Shown one piece after another: positions 9,998 through 20,834 of a stretch of 64,000 nt of DNA. Under the pieces are notes generated by a model. It was not told where the DNA came from. It ran no database searches and was given only the letters and a program-made list of their open reading frames with translations. How positions within the stretch are numbered: the first letter of the stretch is position 1; each line of letters starts with the position of its first letter. The position numbers were made by a program, and so were the translations under genes. Origin of the DNA: a virus (lineage: Duplodnaviria > Caudoviricetes); IMG/VR virus record IMGVR_UViG_3300022407_004352, positions 1 through 64,000 of that record, one strand, 5' to 3'.

Positions 9998-11119
9998 ATG
10001 GTTTTCAAACTACTATCAGATTCAGCCCTTGCCAAGAAATATAAGAACGCGGCAAGGGCTGATATTTTGTTACCCGACGACAGTACTCTATGGTTACCCT
10101 CAAGATGCTTGGCTCTGAACTGGCAGTTAGGGGGTGGAATTCCTTACGGAAAACTATTGGAGATATTCGGGTATGAATCGACCGGTAAAAGTCTTTTAGC
10201 AATGGAGTTCGGATATGCTGCCCAACAACTGGGTGGTGTAGTTCTATGGGGGGATGCTGAAGGTTCATTTACTACACTCTGGGCTAAGAAGAATGGCCTA
10301 GACCCCAAGAGGGTTTTTGTATATGATGGGAACGATATAGAGGGCTACTCGGATTGGCATAGAGATATGATCATACAACAACGGGCTATTCTAAAGAATA
10401 ATGAACCCATACTACTAGTATGTGACTCCATTGCAGCTCTTGATACTTTAGTAAACATTGACAACAGTCAACTGGATCGGAAAGCAGAGATGGGTAATCG
10501 AGCTAAGGCTATCTATACTATGTATCGTATGCGTAACCACTTCTATAAGAATATGGGAGTATGTGTTATCATGATCAATCAGGTAAGAGCTAAGGTTGGA
10601 GCTACTATGTTTGAAGCTGCTACTACCACCCCAGGAGGTGAGGCTACAAAATTTTATGCATCTCAACGAATCGGATTAGTACCTTCAAAACAAATAAAGG
10701 GGGTAATGAAGAAGACCGGGTTCAAGGAAGATAACCAAGGCATAAAGATCGGAAGAAACATTATCGTGCAGATTGCCAAGAATAAAGTAGCTCCACCAAG
10801 AGACTCCGTTAAGACTCAGGTATATTTTAGACCAGAGATATGGGATCATGTAGGTTACTCAAGGTATCATGGACTTCCGGACATCCTAGTAGAAGAGGGA
10901 ATCGTTACAAAGAAAGGTGCCTACTATTACTACAAGGATCATACAGTGGCTCAGGGTGAAGAGGCTTTTATTAAGCTACTTTATACTGATGAACATAAAA
11001 GAAAAATCTTGTTGAAAAATTCTACCATAAATACTATTTCAAAAACAAGGGATAAGATTAACAGCTTAACCCGAAACTTGTTTGAGGTTAAAGTAAAAGG
11101 AGATGGCGAAGAAGAATAA
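9998..11119 (+). CDS. recA: RecA/UvsX recombinase
   Basis: GGGIPYGKLLEIFGYESTGKS, VCDSIAAL, INQVR, TPGGEATKFYAS, KNKVAPP. Confidence 0.95.
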   Translation: MVFKLLSDSALAKKYKNAARADILLPDDSTLWLPSRCLALNWQLGGGIPYGKLLEIFGYESTGKSLLAMEFGYAAQQLGGVVLWGDAEGSFTTLWAKKNGLDPKRVFVYDGNDIEGYSDWHRDMIIQQRAILKNNEPILLVCDSIAALDTLVNIDNSQLDRKAEMGNRAKAIYTMYRMRNHFYKNMGVCVIMINQVRAKVGATMFEAATTTPGGEATKFYASQRIGLVPSKQIKGVMKKTGFKEDNQGIKIGRNIIVQIAKNKVAPPRDSVKTQVYFRPEIWDHVGYSRYHGLPDILVEEGIVTKKGAYYYYKDHTVAQGEEAFIKLLYTDEHKRKILLKNSTINTISKTRDKINSLTRNLFEVKVKGDGEEE

Positions 11120-12017
11120 AACCCTATTAATCATTGATGGTCAAAACGCTGCATGGAGAGCATTTCATGCCTACTCAAGATTGTCCTACAAAGGGCAGGG
11201 GGTAGGCATGATTTATGGTTTACCCTCTATGCTGGGGGGTTTAATCAAACGTTATAAACCTACTCGAACTGTAGTTGCATGGGAAGGAAAGAGGTCTGCC
11301 ATCCGGAGTAGGATACTACCCGGATATAAGGATGGTAGAAAATCAAAAAGCCTTATCGACTACGAAGATTTCATGAGACAAAAAGATGAGGCGATGAAGA
11401 TTCTTTTTGGACTAGGAGTACCTCAAGCTCACAACATGTTATTAGAGGGGGACGATATGCTATTCAAGCTTTGGAAGATGTCTAAGACCAATGGCTACGA
11501 TGAGGTAACTCTGGTATCATCGGATAAAGATTTCAACCAATTGGTGGGGTATGATGAAGACTTTGAGCATACTACAAAAATCTTTAACCCCGGAAAAGAG
11601 TTAATCATAACACAGGACAACTGCAAAAAGATATTTGGTTATGAAACATACCAAACAGTTGATTACTTAACCCTAGTGGGAGATAAGTCAGATAACATAC
11701 CTGGCTATCGGGGTATAGGAGAAAAAAAAGCAGTAGAGTTATTGGAAAAATATGACTCTCTAGCAAATTTTATCAAATCAAAGGATAAACATCCGATTAT
11801 AGAGAGAAAGATGCTACTTGAGCTAATGAATACTGCCCAGAGCATCATTGATCTCCGTGAATATTATCAGAAATATGTAAAATTCGCTAAGAACTGCCAA
11901 ATCCAATGGTACGGTAATAATCGGAGTCCCCAAAAGGATTCTAGGTATGTAATAAAGATAGCAGCTAAGTACAACATGCAAAGAATGGTGGGTAAATCTT
12001 TTTTAGAAAACTTTTAA
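11103..12017 (+). CDS. 5'-3' exonuclease / flap endonuclease (PolI N-terminal-like)
   Basis: LIIDGQN, YKDGR, EGDD, SSDKDFNQL, GDKSDNIPGYRGIGEKKA helix-hairpin-helix. Confidence 0.92.
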   Translation: MAKKNKTLLIIDGQNAAWRAFHAYSRLSYKGQGVGMIYGLPSMLGGLIKRYKPTRTVVAWEGKRSAIRSRILPGYKDGRKSKSLIDYEDFMRQKDEAMKILFGLGVPQAHNMLLEGDDMLFKLWKMSKTNGYDEVTLVSSDKDFNQLVGYDEDFEHTTKIFNPGKELIITQDNCKKIFGYETYQTVDYLTLVGDKSDNIPGYRGIGEKKAVELLEKYDSLANFIKSKDKHPIIERKMLLELMNTAQSIIDLREYYQKYVKFAKNCQIQWYGNNRSPQKDSRYVIKIAAKYNMQRMVGKSFLENF

Positions 12018-12019
12018 CT

Positions 12020-12424
12020 ATGGAAATACATATTCAACATGATGAAGCCCACTGGAAGGTTAACATCTATGCTTTTGAGAGAGAGCCGGGAGCTAAGGTC
12101 TTTTACCATATAAGCGAAACAGGTTCACTAATACCCCAGCATGTACCAGAGGGTGAACTACCCACAGTAGGAGTAATAAATCCACTTCTTAGTTTACCTA
12201 GGGATATGTATTTAGATTTAATGAAAGCCCTGGTATTGGAATTCAAAAAGGCCTTTGGAGAAAAGGAGGTAGAGGCTAAGTATGAAGGTGAACTAAAGGG
12301 TAAAGATGAGCATATCAAAGACCTTAGATTAACAGCAAGAGAGCTTACATCGGCTTTAAAGATGATGATAAAAGTATTAGGCCCCCTACCCATGGTTGAG
12401 ACTGTGAAAAAAGTAGACGTATGA
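12020..12424 (+). CDS. hypothetical protein
   Basis: 134 aa tiling the operon. Confidence 0.55.
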   Translation: MEIHIQHDEAHWKVNIYAFEREPGAKVFYHISETGSLIPQHVPEGELPTVGVINPLLSLPRDMYLDLMKALVLEFKKAFGEKEVEAKYEGELKGKDEHIKDLRLTARELTSALKMMIKVLGPLPMVETVKKVDV

Positions 12425-13350
12425 AGAAGGTAGCCTTCATTAGTTTTTCTGATATACATTTCCATGATTGGCCCAGCTTTGGTCAGAAGGAATCAAGGTT
12501 AAAATTATATAGCACACTATTCAGCAGATTACACCAGTTGGGCTATAAGTATGATTGTCGTAGCTTCTTATTTTCTGGTGATCTAGTCCATTCCAACCAA
12601 GCAATAGACAATATCGTATTAGATGCCCTGATAGATGAACTAAAATGGTTCACTAAAGATAATAAAGTATGGGCAATATCCGGAAACCATGACCAAGTAG
12701 AACTATCCACGAGTAAACATTATAGCAAAAACTATGTGAATACCCTATCAAAAGTACTTCCAAACTTTATATGTGTTGATAATAAAATATCTGATACCTT
12801 TGGGTTAAGAGTATACGGAATACCATACCTGAACGATCCGGATAGCTTTATGAAATCTTTACCCAAAGTGAAAGACCTAAAGAAAACTATTCTGCTAATG
12901 CACCAGACCCTACCGGGATCAGTAGAGGGTAATGGGTATAAGATAGAGAGCTCATTTACCGACAAGATTTTCAAAGCACTTGAGCCTTTTGGTTTGGTAT
13001 TGAATGGGCATATACATAAGCATAAGATACATAAACCAAATGTCCTAACCGTGGGAGCAACTCATCAACAGAGGGTATCTGATATGGGTGTTATGATGGG
13101 ATGCTGGTTAATCTATGAAGACCTTACCTATAAATTTGAAAGTTTAGAGATGCCCGAGTTTGTATATGGGGAATCCAATGGGTGGAGTTTGGGGGTAGAT
13201 AAACCAGAGATAAAAGAAGAATTAGAAGACCCCGAAAAAATGGAATTTCATACGGGTAATAAGATTGATGTAATCGTGGAGAACTATTTAAAGAAAAGAA
13301 AGATCAAATCACCATCAAAAAAGAAGGCACTACTAAAATACTTATCATGA
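12421..13350 (+). CDS. sbcD: SbcD/Mre11-like metallophosphoesterase nuclease
   Basis: SDIH, GDLVH, GNHD, HQT, GHIH motifs. Confidence 0.9.
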   Translation: MKKVAFISFSDIHFHDWPSFGQKESRLKLYSTLFSRLHQLGYKYDCRSFLFSGDLVHSNQAIDNIVLDALIDELKWFTKDNKVWAISGNHDQVELSTSKHYSKNYVNTLSKVLPNFICVDNKISDTFGLRVYGIPYLNDPDSFMKSLPKVKDLKKTILLMHQTLPGSVEGNGYKIESSFTDKIFKALEPFGLVLNGHIHKHKIHKPNVLTVGATHQQRVSDMGVMMGCWLIYEDLTYKFESLEMPEFVYGESNGWSLGVDKPEIKEELEDPEKMEFHTGNKIDVIVENYLKKRKIKSPSKKKALLKYLS

Positions 13351-13577
13351 ACCTGCATACAAATTTCAAAGCTAAACCCGGAGCATACCGACATGGAAAA
13401 CTAGAGGGTATATTCATTATGAAAACTATTGTGACTCACCTTACAGATGAAGCAGGAGTTCTAGTTGAAGCAAAAAAACCCCATGTAATAGTGGAACCCA
13501 TGATCCAAAACATTCAGGAGCATAGGGCATATGCTTTTACAGAGGAAGAATTTTTACACCAGTTCAGCCCATTATGA
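13347..13577 (+). CDS. hypothetical protein
   Basis: 76 aa with ATGA-coupled overlaps on both sides. Confidence 0.55.
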   Translation: MNLHTNFKAKPGAYRHGKLEGIFIMKTIVTHLTDEAGVLVEAKKPHVIVEPMIQNIQEHRAYAFTEEEFLHQFSPL

Positions 13578-15445
13578 TTACGTTTAAGGAGTTAACTATT
13601 GAGGGCTTTGCATCTATTGTAAAGCCCTTATCGTATAATCTAGCCTCAACAGGAGTAAACTTGATTGTGGGTAATAATGGAAGTGGTAAATCCACCATCT
13701 TCAATGCTCTGTGCTGGGCTATATATGGTAAACTACTAAAGGTAGGCTCAGAGATGGAAACCTGGGATGCTTTAAAGAAACTTTCAAGCTACCAAGGTAC
13801 TATGGTAACAGTTACCATGCGGATTGGGCTTGAAGAGATAAAGATCATAAGATGTAAGGATTATAAAAGTAAACTAGAGGGCAAGAAAGGGGGCTCCGGA
13901 TTATTTTTATACATCAATGGAGAACTATACACCAAGCATAAAAACAAATTGGATATTACCCAAAAGATTCAATCCATAATGGGTATGTCTTTTGAGTTAT
14001 TCAAAAACTCTCTAGCCTTTGGTCAGAATCTTACCCGCTTGCTCAGAGAAACAGGAAGTAAACAAAAGGAGTTATTCGATGAAGCTTTCAATATCATCTA
14101 TATCAATAAAGCCCGGGAGTCTGCCAAAGCTAGGTGGGATGAGTTGAAGGAGGTATTAAATTCTCATCAGCATGCCATTGAGATACTGGATATAAAAATA
14201 TCCAGCCTACAACAGCAAATTGATAATGATCTAAACCTAAAGAAAACTTTTGAAAAAGAGAAGGTAAAAAAAATCAAAGACCTTAAGAATAAAGCAGTAA
14301 AGATACAAGATGAGTTGCAAACTATAAAAGAAGAGAAACTTCAATCAGAGAGAATGGCTGATGAAATTTCCAAGGTAGAGGCCGGGCTAAAAAAAATAGA
14401 AGAAACCCTACAGAAATATAATACACTAAGTAATGACCATTTCCGAAAAGACCTAGAGTTAACACAGAAGGATGGAGAACTTGTGGATGTTAAAAATCGG
14501 ATGAATGAGATCATCAAGCACCTATCCAATCCTATACCCAAATGCCATGTATGTGGCAACCCAATCACTCGACTTAAGCATGATGAGAGAAAGGCTAAAC
14601 TAAAGATTGAGTTGGGGGAGTTAAGGACTTCAAGAGTATCATTATTAAATCAATATTCCTTACTCAAGTTAGCCATAGATAAGCTATCTAGCGAATTAGA
14701 ATCACAGGAGAAGATAAGAAAGCAGATCATCCCTAATAAACGAGTACTTGAGTCAAAAAAAGAGGAACTCAAAAAATTGGCCTTTTATCCTGAAAAATTA
14801 AAGTCGAAAAAATTAGAACTCAACTCTATAATAAACCAAATCCGCGATACCCGAAATAACTCGTTGAAGTTAAATACCGATGCTAAGGTACTAAAGCGAG
14901 CAAAACTAGAACAAGAGAGAGCCGTGGAATTGGAGATTAAAGCCAAAATAGAGAAATATGCAAAATTACATGACTGGCTTGTAACGGATGCATTATCGAA
15001 CAAGGGCTTAAAAGCTTATGTATTCTACTCCATGCTATCACAGATTAACCGAAGGTTGAAGTATTATGCTAAAACGGGCTGGAGAATTGAGTTTATCATG
15101 GACTTAGACTCCGGATACAAAAACTTCAAAGCTGTTATCTTTGACCAGAATGATGTTAGACCCTATGAGGACCTATCCGGCGGAGAACAGCAGATAGTCG
15201 ATATATGTTTAGCTTTCTCTATGCATGATGTTTTAGCAGAAGAGAAGTTCAATATACTTCTCATGGATGAGGTATTTGAATCCTTAGATAAGGGAAACAT
15301 AGAATTAGTAACCGATCTTATCCACAGGAAGGCTCAGAAAGTATCCATACACCTAGTAACGCATAGGAGAGAATTTGTAACTTCCTCAGTAAAAGCAGTT
15401 TATCTTACCAAAACCCGCAGCGGAGGTACCAGTATCGTTCGATGA
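13574..15445 (+). CDS. sbcC: SbcC/Rad50-like ATPase
   Basis: GNNGSGKST, coiled coil with CHVC zinc hook, LSGGEQ signature, LLMDE, H-loop. Confidence 0.92.
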   Translation: MITFKELTIEGFASIVKPLSYNLASTGVNLIVGNNGSGKSTIFNALCWAIYGKLLKVGSEMETWDALKKLSSYQGTMVTVTMRIGLEEIKIIRCKDYKSKLEGKKGGSGLFLYINGELYTKHKNKLDITQKIQSIMGMSFELFKNSLAFGQNLTRLLRETGSKQKELFDEAFNIIYINKARESAKARWDELKEVLNSHQHAIEILDIKISSLQQQIDNDLNLKKTFEKEKVKKIKDLKNKAVKIQDELQTIKEEKLQSERMADEISKVEAGLKKIEETLQKYNTLSNDHFRKDLELTQKDGELVDVKNRMNEIIKHLSNPIPKCHVCGNPITRLKHDERKAKLKIELGELRTSRVSLLNQYSLLKLAIDKLSSELESQEKIRKQIIPNKRVLESKKEELKKLAFYPEKLKSKKLELNSIINQIRDTRNNSLKLNTDAKVLKRAKLEQERAVELEIKAKIEKYAKLHDWLVTDALSNKGLKAYVFYSMLSQINRRLKYYAKTGWRIEFIMDLDSGYKNFKAVIFDQNDVRPYEDLSGGEQQIVDICLAFSMHDVLAEEKFNILLMDEVFESLDKGNIELVTDLIHRKAQKVSIHLVTHRREFVTSSVKAVYLTKTRSGGTSIVR

Positions 15446-15467
15446 CTATTACCTCAAAATATCGGAC

Positions 15468-15974
15468 ATGGCAAAGATAAATGCAAGATCAAAGGGTAGG
15501 CGGGGTGAGATGATGGCAGTAGACTTCATGAAGGAGTGGACTGGTATGGATTTCAGAAGAACCCCGGGCTCTGGAGGTTTAAGAGGGCATGTAGCAGATT
15601 ATACTGAAGGAGATATAGTATGTGTAAAGAAGAATTACATATTTCCAATATGCCTTGAAGTAAAGTTCTATGAAGACCTGAATTTTAACCATCTGCTTTA
15701 TGATGTAAATTCCAAGATACGTGATTTTTGGCGCCAAACTCTGGATTCTGCTCGAAGGGCTGAGAAAGTACCAATGCTATTGATGAGGTATAACGGGTTA
15801 CCAAAGAATTTCTTTTTTGTAGTATTACCGGTAAGTTTTGTTAGAGAACTGGGGGTGAGTGTAAAACCAGCTCTAACATATAATCAGAACTTCATTATCA
15901 CTAATACCATTCAGGTATTAAAATGGGATTGGCATGAGGTTGACAAAATTTCAAAAAAACTATTAGAAATTTAA
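15468..15974 (+). CDS. Holliday junction resolvase (Hjc-like PD-(D/E)xK)
   Basis: SKGRRGE, RTPGSGG, GDIV, LEVK. Confidence 0.85.
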   Translation: MAKINARSKGRRGEMMAVDFMKEWTGMDFRRTPGSGGLRGHVADYTEGDIVCVKKNYIFPICLEVKFYEDLNFNHLLYDVNSKIRDFWRQTLDSARRAEKVPMLLMRYNGLPKNFFFVVLPVSFVRELGVSVKPALTYNQNFIITNTIQVLKWDWHEVDKISKKLLEI

Positions 15975-15978
15975 AGCT

Positions 15979-16683
15979 ATGGCAAAAGTACCAATGGTTT
16001 GGGTCGCTTGTTATGTAAACATAGACCGCCTACATACACTCTCACGAGATTTACACAAATACACGAAGTATAAGAAGGTAGAAGCATTTATACCCAAGGT
16101 AAAGATTATTAAAAAGAAGTTCAAAGGTAAGAATCATTATGAAGAAATACCTTTGATGTTGAATTACGGGTTATTCAGGGTTCCCAGGTATTTCATTCCT
16201 AACCCCTACTTCCTAGTGGAGATGAAAAAGGACATAGAGTGCATCTATAATTGGCTAACCGATGTAACTATACCCAAGAATGAACCCGTAATCCATTATG
16301 GAGAGATACTATATAACCCCATGAGGGTAGCAGTGATAAAAGCCCATGAGATAGCCCCACTAGCAGAAGCAGCCAAGATAAATTCCATTTATACAGCCAA
16401 GGATTTGGATACTTTATACCCGGGAAAGATCATCACTTTACGGGGTTACCCATTTGATAATATAGAGGCCGAGATTTTAAAGATAAACCCTTTGAAAAGG
16501 GAAGTAGAGGTAAAATTGATACTCTTTGCATCCATTAAGGTTGTAAAGGTAGCTTTTGATAACATCTTTTTTACAATATACCAATCTCAATACCTTGACT
16601 CTGCTATGAAAGAACAAAGCATTGAGGATATTACTAAGAACCAAAAGTCCACCGATAATATATACAAAGATGACAAAGAATGA
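15979..16683 (+). CDS. NusG-like transcription factor (NGN + KOW)
   Basis: WVACYV, EAFIPKV, PLMLNYGLF (NGN) and PGKIITLRGYPFDNIEAEILKINPLKREVEVKL (KOW). Confidence 0.7.
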   Translation: MAKVPMVWVACYVNIDRLHTLSRDLHKYTKYKKVEAFIPKVKIIKKKFKGKNHYEEIPLMLNYGLFRVPRYFIPNPYFLVEMKKDIECIYNWLTDVTIPKNEPVIHYGEILYNPMRVAVIKAHEIAPLAEAAKINSIYTAKDLDTLYPGKIITLRGYPFDNIEAEILKINPLKREVEVKLILFASIKVVKVAFDNIFFTIYQSQYLDSAMKEQSIEDITKNQKSTDNIYKDDKE

Positions 16684-17611
16684 GCAAGCCTGGGCAATAT
16701 TAAAAGAGGATGAGAAATTAGCCTTAACTCTGAAACATGGTCATGGAAAATCCACATGGGAAGCAGGTGAGATCATGGATAAAGCTCATTACAAGTTTTT
16801 GGAGATTGAAGCAAGAGCTAAGAAGTTTCTAAAGATATTCACTGAACACTTTGAGATGTTTGGAGAACTAATACCCCCGGGTGTAAAGATAGAGCCACGA
16901 TTCTTGAAGTACCTGGAATTAACCATGAGAGATAGGAAATCAATACCCGAAGTAATCTATGAGATTGGAGATACCGTATTTTCAATTCTAAGCTTCAGAG
17001 AAAGATTGATGATTGAAGAGATGGAAAAGATGCTGAAGGTGGAAAAGGTTACCTATCGGAGTTTAGCATTATTGATACTGGAGTTTGACCGATGGAATAA
17101 TTACAGGATTTTACCGAGAGAACTCCAAGAACCTTCGGCTTTTAAGAGACGAAACAAAAAGAATGATATTAAGAACATTAAAAACATTTGGGAGCTTAAT
17201 AGCTTTGTAGTAGACTTGATACATAAGAAGTACCAGATTCCGGAAACAATACAGGGGAAAATCATGTATGTACCATTACCCTCAAAACTATTGCCTGTGG
17301 AAAAGTATATGCTTGTAGCAAAGTACTCGGAAAAAAGCTTAAAGGAGCTAACCCGGCTGGGTCTATATGCTTTCTCAAAGAGGGTTTTTGCTCAGGAATT
17401 TTTAGACTTGATCCTATCTTACAAGGCCGGTAATTTTAAGCATCCGAAAGAGGGACTTAAGTTTTGGCCGAAGTATAGATTAAGTACTAAAAATGCTATT
17501 AATTATAACTTTATTCAGAAAAGAATTGCAAGCCGGAAATTTCTTGACTCAGCTCTTCGTGACATGGATATAAATTTTGCTAGGCCAAAGAAAACTCCGG
17601 AATTTATTTAA
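16670..17611 (+). CDS. putative transcription factor with N-terminal sigma region-4-like HTH
   Basis: AWAILKEDEKLALTLKHGHGKSTWEAGEIMDKAHYKFLEIEARAKKFL resembles sigma r4; ATG 16670 preferred. Confidence 0.5.
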   Translation: MTKNEQAWAILKEDEKLALTLKHGHGKSTWEAGEIMDKAHYKFLEIEARAKKFLKIFTEHFEMFGELIPPGVKIEPRFLKYLELTMRDRKSIPEVIYEIGDTVFSILSFRERLMIEEMEKMLKVEKVTYRSLALLILEFDRWNNYRILPRELQEPSAFKRRNKKNDIKNIKNIWELNSFVVDLIHKKYQIPETIQGKIMYVPLPSKLLPVEKYMLVAKYSEKSLKELTRLGLYAFSKRVFAQEFLDLILSYKAGNFKHPKEGLKFWPKYRLSTKNAINYNFIQKRIASRKFLDSALRDMDINFARPKKTPEFI

Positions 17612-17619
17612 TATCTTTG
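17612..17619 (+). promoter_or_regulatory. Bacteroidota sigma70 -7 element TATCTTTG
   Basis: Matches TAnnTTTG; followed by A-rich leader and ATG at 17647. Confidence 0.65.
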
Positions 17620-17646
17620 TGTTTCCAAAATAAAAATAATAAAATT

Positions 17647-18177
17647 ATGGAAACTTTGTTAGGTAAAAACAACCCAAGGTATCTTAAGTTGATGGAGATC
17701 AGTAAACTAAGAGACCCGGAGTTAAGAGCAGCTGCTATTGAGAGGGGCTATCCAATAGAGAAACTACGGATAGGTTCTCTTGCAGAACTTACGAATTGGT
17801 TATTGGATCATTATGAGGATGGGGTAGATAAGAGTAAATTAGCTGCTGCCTCAAAGATAGCTCCAGTATCTAAGAAGGGGATTAAATTACCCATGATTGC
17901 TAAGCCCGAAAAGATAGAACCCAAGGTAAAGAAACCTAAAGGAGAGAAGAGAGTAAAGAATACTGAGCTGGGTATCTACAAGGGAACTAAGAAGGAGTAT
18001 ACCTACTTTCTAGCTAAAGACTTATTCACTAAGTTTGGAAAGGAAGATACTGCTAAGGAGTTGATTGCTAATTACTCAGCTCAGGTATTTGCTAAGATAG
18101 AGAAGAAATTTGGTACTGTATCTGAAAAATCGGTTAAAATTTGGATGAAGCGATGTCTGGACGGTCTGTATACATAG
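17647..18177 (+). CDS. Lys-rich hypothetical protein
   Basis: ATG 17647 after A-rich leader; in frame with track ORF 17617. Confidence 0.6.
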   Translation: METLLGKNNPRYLKLMEISKLRDPELRAAAIERGYPIEKLRIGSLAELTNWLLDHYEDGVDKSKLAAASKIAPVSKKGIKLPMIAKPEKIEPKVKKPKGEKRVKNTELGIYKGTKKEYTYFLAKDLFTKFGKEDTAKELIANYSAQVFAKIEKKFGTVSEKSVKIWMKRCLDGLYT

Positions 18178-18521
18178 AGCCCAAAAAGGATACTTGGTAT
18201 GTAGTGGAGATAACAAACCCACGTTACCCATTAGCCTTTCGGTATGAGTTTGAATCGGAAGCTGAGGCTAAAAGAGCAGTAAAGCAACTGAGGCAAAGGC
18301 CCGGTAAATTCAGATGCTTGACAGGAGCAGGACTACTAGAGTATAATATTCCGATAAGGAAGAGTAAGAGGTTCAGGTGGATTAAGTATGATTACCCACT
18401 TTCGGCATATGAATCCCTAAAGAAAAAGAAATGGTACAGAAGTAATACCCGAAGGAAGTTACAGGAACTAAAACCGGAAATTCTTAAAAAACGATACCCT
18501 GAATTAAATAGATTATTATGA
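18141..18521 (+). CDS. basic hypothetical protein
   Basis: ORF tiling; exact start uncertain. Confidence 0.5.
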   Translation: MDEAMSGRSVYIEPKKDTWYVVEITNPRYPLAFRYEFESEAEAKRAVKQLRQRPGKFRCLTGAGLLEYNIPIRKSKRFRWIKYDYPLSAYESLKKKKWYRSNTRRKLQELKPEILKKRYPELNRLL

Positions 18522-18769
18522 ACATCACAACATTTAAAATACCGGCAAGAATTTACCGGGATGGAGATCAGATCAAGCTAGAGCTTGATGAATCCAAGAA
18601 AGAGTTAGTAGGTTCTGAAAGACTATCAGCCGATGATATACAATCATTACCGGGTTTGGCTCAGAAGATCGGGGCAGATAATGAATCTGCTAGAGCGATA
18701 TTGAGAAAAACTTTACTATCAAGTGAGGAAGAGGCCAATAACTTCCTTATCATGAAGATACTGTCTTAG
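18518..18769 (+). CDS. hypothetical protein
   Basis: ATGA coupling; followed by terminator. Confidence 0.55.
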   Translation: MNITTFKIPARIYRDGDQIKLELDESKKELVGSERLSADDIQSLPGLAQKIGADNESARAILRKTLLSSEEEANNFLIMKILS

Positions 18770-18794
18770 CGGATAGTTTTTTTTTATTTTGGGG

Positions 18795-18833
18795 GTGGAA
18801 GCTGGATTAATTTCTAGCTTCCACTTATTTTTT
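18795..18833 (+). terminator. intrinsic terminator
   Basis: GTGGAAGCTGGA / TCTAGCTTCCAC stem then TTATTTTTT. Confidence 0.75.
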
Positions 18834-18903
18834 ATGGTAAATTTAGCTTGATAACCCAATGCTATTTATAAATGAATTTTCAAACTTAAATTAATTAATT
18901 TTT

Positions 18904-19329
<426 letters not shown>

Positions 19330-19346
19330 ACCCAAACCCCGGAAAG

Positions 19347-19374
19347 AGGAGAGCCTGAAAACTCTCCTTTTTTT
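19347..19374 (+). terminator. intrinsic terminator
   Basis: AGGAGAG / CTCTCCT stem plus T run. Confidence 0.75.
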
Positions 19375-19397
19375 GTATATATGAGGAGCTATAAGAA

Positions 19398-19580
19398 ATG
19401 AATACCAAAGAACTTGAAGAACTTCGCCAAAAAGTTTGGCAGTTTATGAACTACATCAAAGATAAGGACCTTAACCCAGCCGGTACTCTTAGAACAACGG
19501 AAACCTTCTATGAGGTTATTCTAAGAGAGCAGAGTATGCAGAATCACTTTAACTCAACCGAAGACAAGATTTCCACATGA
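19398..19580 (+). CDS. hypothetical protein
   Basis: 60 aa, coupled to next gene. Confidence 0.5.
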   Translation: MNTKELEELRQKVWQFMNYIKDKDLNPAGTLRTTETFYEVILREQSMQNHFNSTEDKIST

Positions 19581-19963
19581 AAAGATTTAAAGACTTAGTA
19601 AAGGGTGACAAGATATACATCGTGGAACCAATGACCGACAACGTAAGAGAGAGTACGGTAGTAGAATCCTTTGTACATCCCAAATCCTTAACAAAGAAGG
19701 TTTGGGTAGTAAAGTTCTACAAGTTATCTAATATCAGCTCTTTAACAGAGGAGAAGATGGAGATAGCCCGGAAGTATGATAGCGATGTAGTCTTAACAAT
19801 GTTTGCTGAGGCTGTAGAATCCCTGATCATAGCAAAGATACCATCCAAGAATGGCATAGCAGTAACCGCATTTAGTACAGACAAAGAAAAACTAGAATCA
19901 TGGGTAAAGAAATCGGGAAGGGATACAGCCGAGATGCTCAAACTTCTGAAAGGATCGGCTTAG
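19577..19963 (+). CDS. hypothetical protein
   Basis: 128 aa, ATGA coupling. Confidence 0.55.
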   Translation: MKRFKDLVKGDKIYIVEPMTDNVRESTVVESFVHPKSLTKKVWVVKFYKLSNISSLTEEKMEIARKYDSDVVLTMFAEAVESLIIAKIPSKNGIAVTAFSTDKEKLESWVKKSGRDTAEMLKLLKGSA

Positions 19964-20217
19964 ACTTGGATATTGAGGATGCCTCATCACTTTATTTAAT
20001 CCTCAAGTACTTTATAGTGGATTATGATAATAGACTTCAACGTATAGAGGAAGATACGGACTTGAGCGAAGAAACTAGGAAGGATGCCAAAGAAATCGAG
20101 TCTCAATTGTTGGAAGATGCAAAAAACATAGCAGAGGAAGTAGGCGAGATATTGGTAGAGTTAGATAAGCCCAAAAAACTAATCTTTACTAAACCCTCAT
20201 GGAAGCAAGATCAGTAG
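19900..20217 (+). CDS. acidic hypothetical protein
   Basis: ORF tiling; true start probably downstream. Confidence 0.45.
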   Translation: MGKEIGKGYSRDAQTSERIGLDLDIEDASSLYLILKYFIVDYDNRLQRIEEDTDLSEETRKDAKEIESQLLEDAKNIAEEVGEILVELDKPKKLIFTKPSWKQDQ

Positions 20218-20834
20218 TAAAACCTAAGAACCCCAAATCCTACAACAAGATAGCCGAAAAAATATACACCCTACACCGGGGTATGGTGGATCACCAATTA
20301 AAGTATCCCAAGTTTACTAAAATCCACAAAACTCAACTATACTCACTTTATCCAAAGAACATACCCCAGGCTTATGAGCCATTGATGCATCTAATCTGTA
20401 GGTATACTGCTACTCGGGGTAAGATGATTCGATTGATAGACCCCGAAAAACCCTACCCTGTTAAATCTCTATCCATCATCGGCGGATACAAAGATGTGTT
20501 ATTAGCAGGTTATTATTGTCAAATGGTTTTTGAGTATATAACTATTGCTTCAGAAAGAAGGTCTTTAATTTTAAAGAGAAGAGCTAAGCAGGAAAGAGTA
20601 AGAGTGAATAGGGGAACACTGGATGAAAAGAAAAGAAGATATACCAAACATACCAATCGAGTTGCAACAGAGTGGACTAAGAAACTTACCAAGTCCACTG
20701 AGGACATTTTCAGAGAACTATTAAAGGACACCGAAGATATTTATCCGGAGGCTTTTTTGATTATTAAAAATAAGTTAGGAATTTTGAGAAACGAAATAAT
20801 TAAAAAACAAATATGGAGAAAACCCACACATTGA
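20199..20834 (+). CDS. basic hypothetical protein
   Basis: 211 aa ORF. Confidence 0.55.
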   Translation: MEARSVVKPKNPKSYNKIAEKIYTLHRGMVDHQLKYPKFTKIHKTQLYSLYPKNIPQAYEPLMHLICRYTATRGKMIRLIDPEKPYPVKSLSIIGGYKDVLLAGYYCQMVFEYITIASERRSLILKRRAKQERVRVNRGTLDEKKRRYTKHTNRVATEWTKKLTKSTEDIFRELLKDTEDIYPEAFLIIKNKLGILRNEIIKKQIWRKPTH

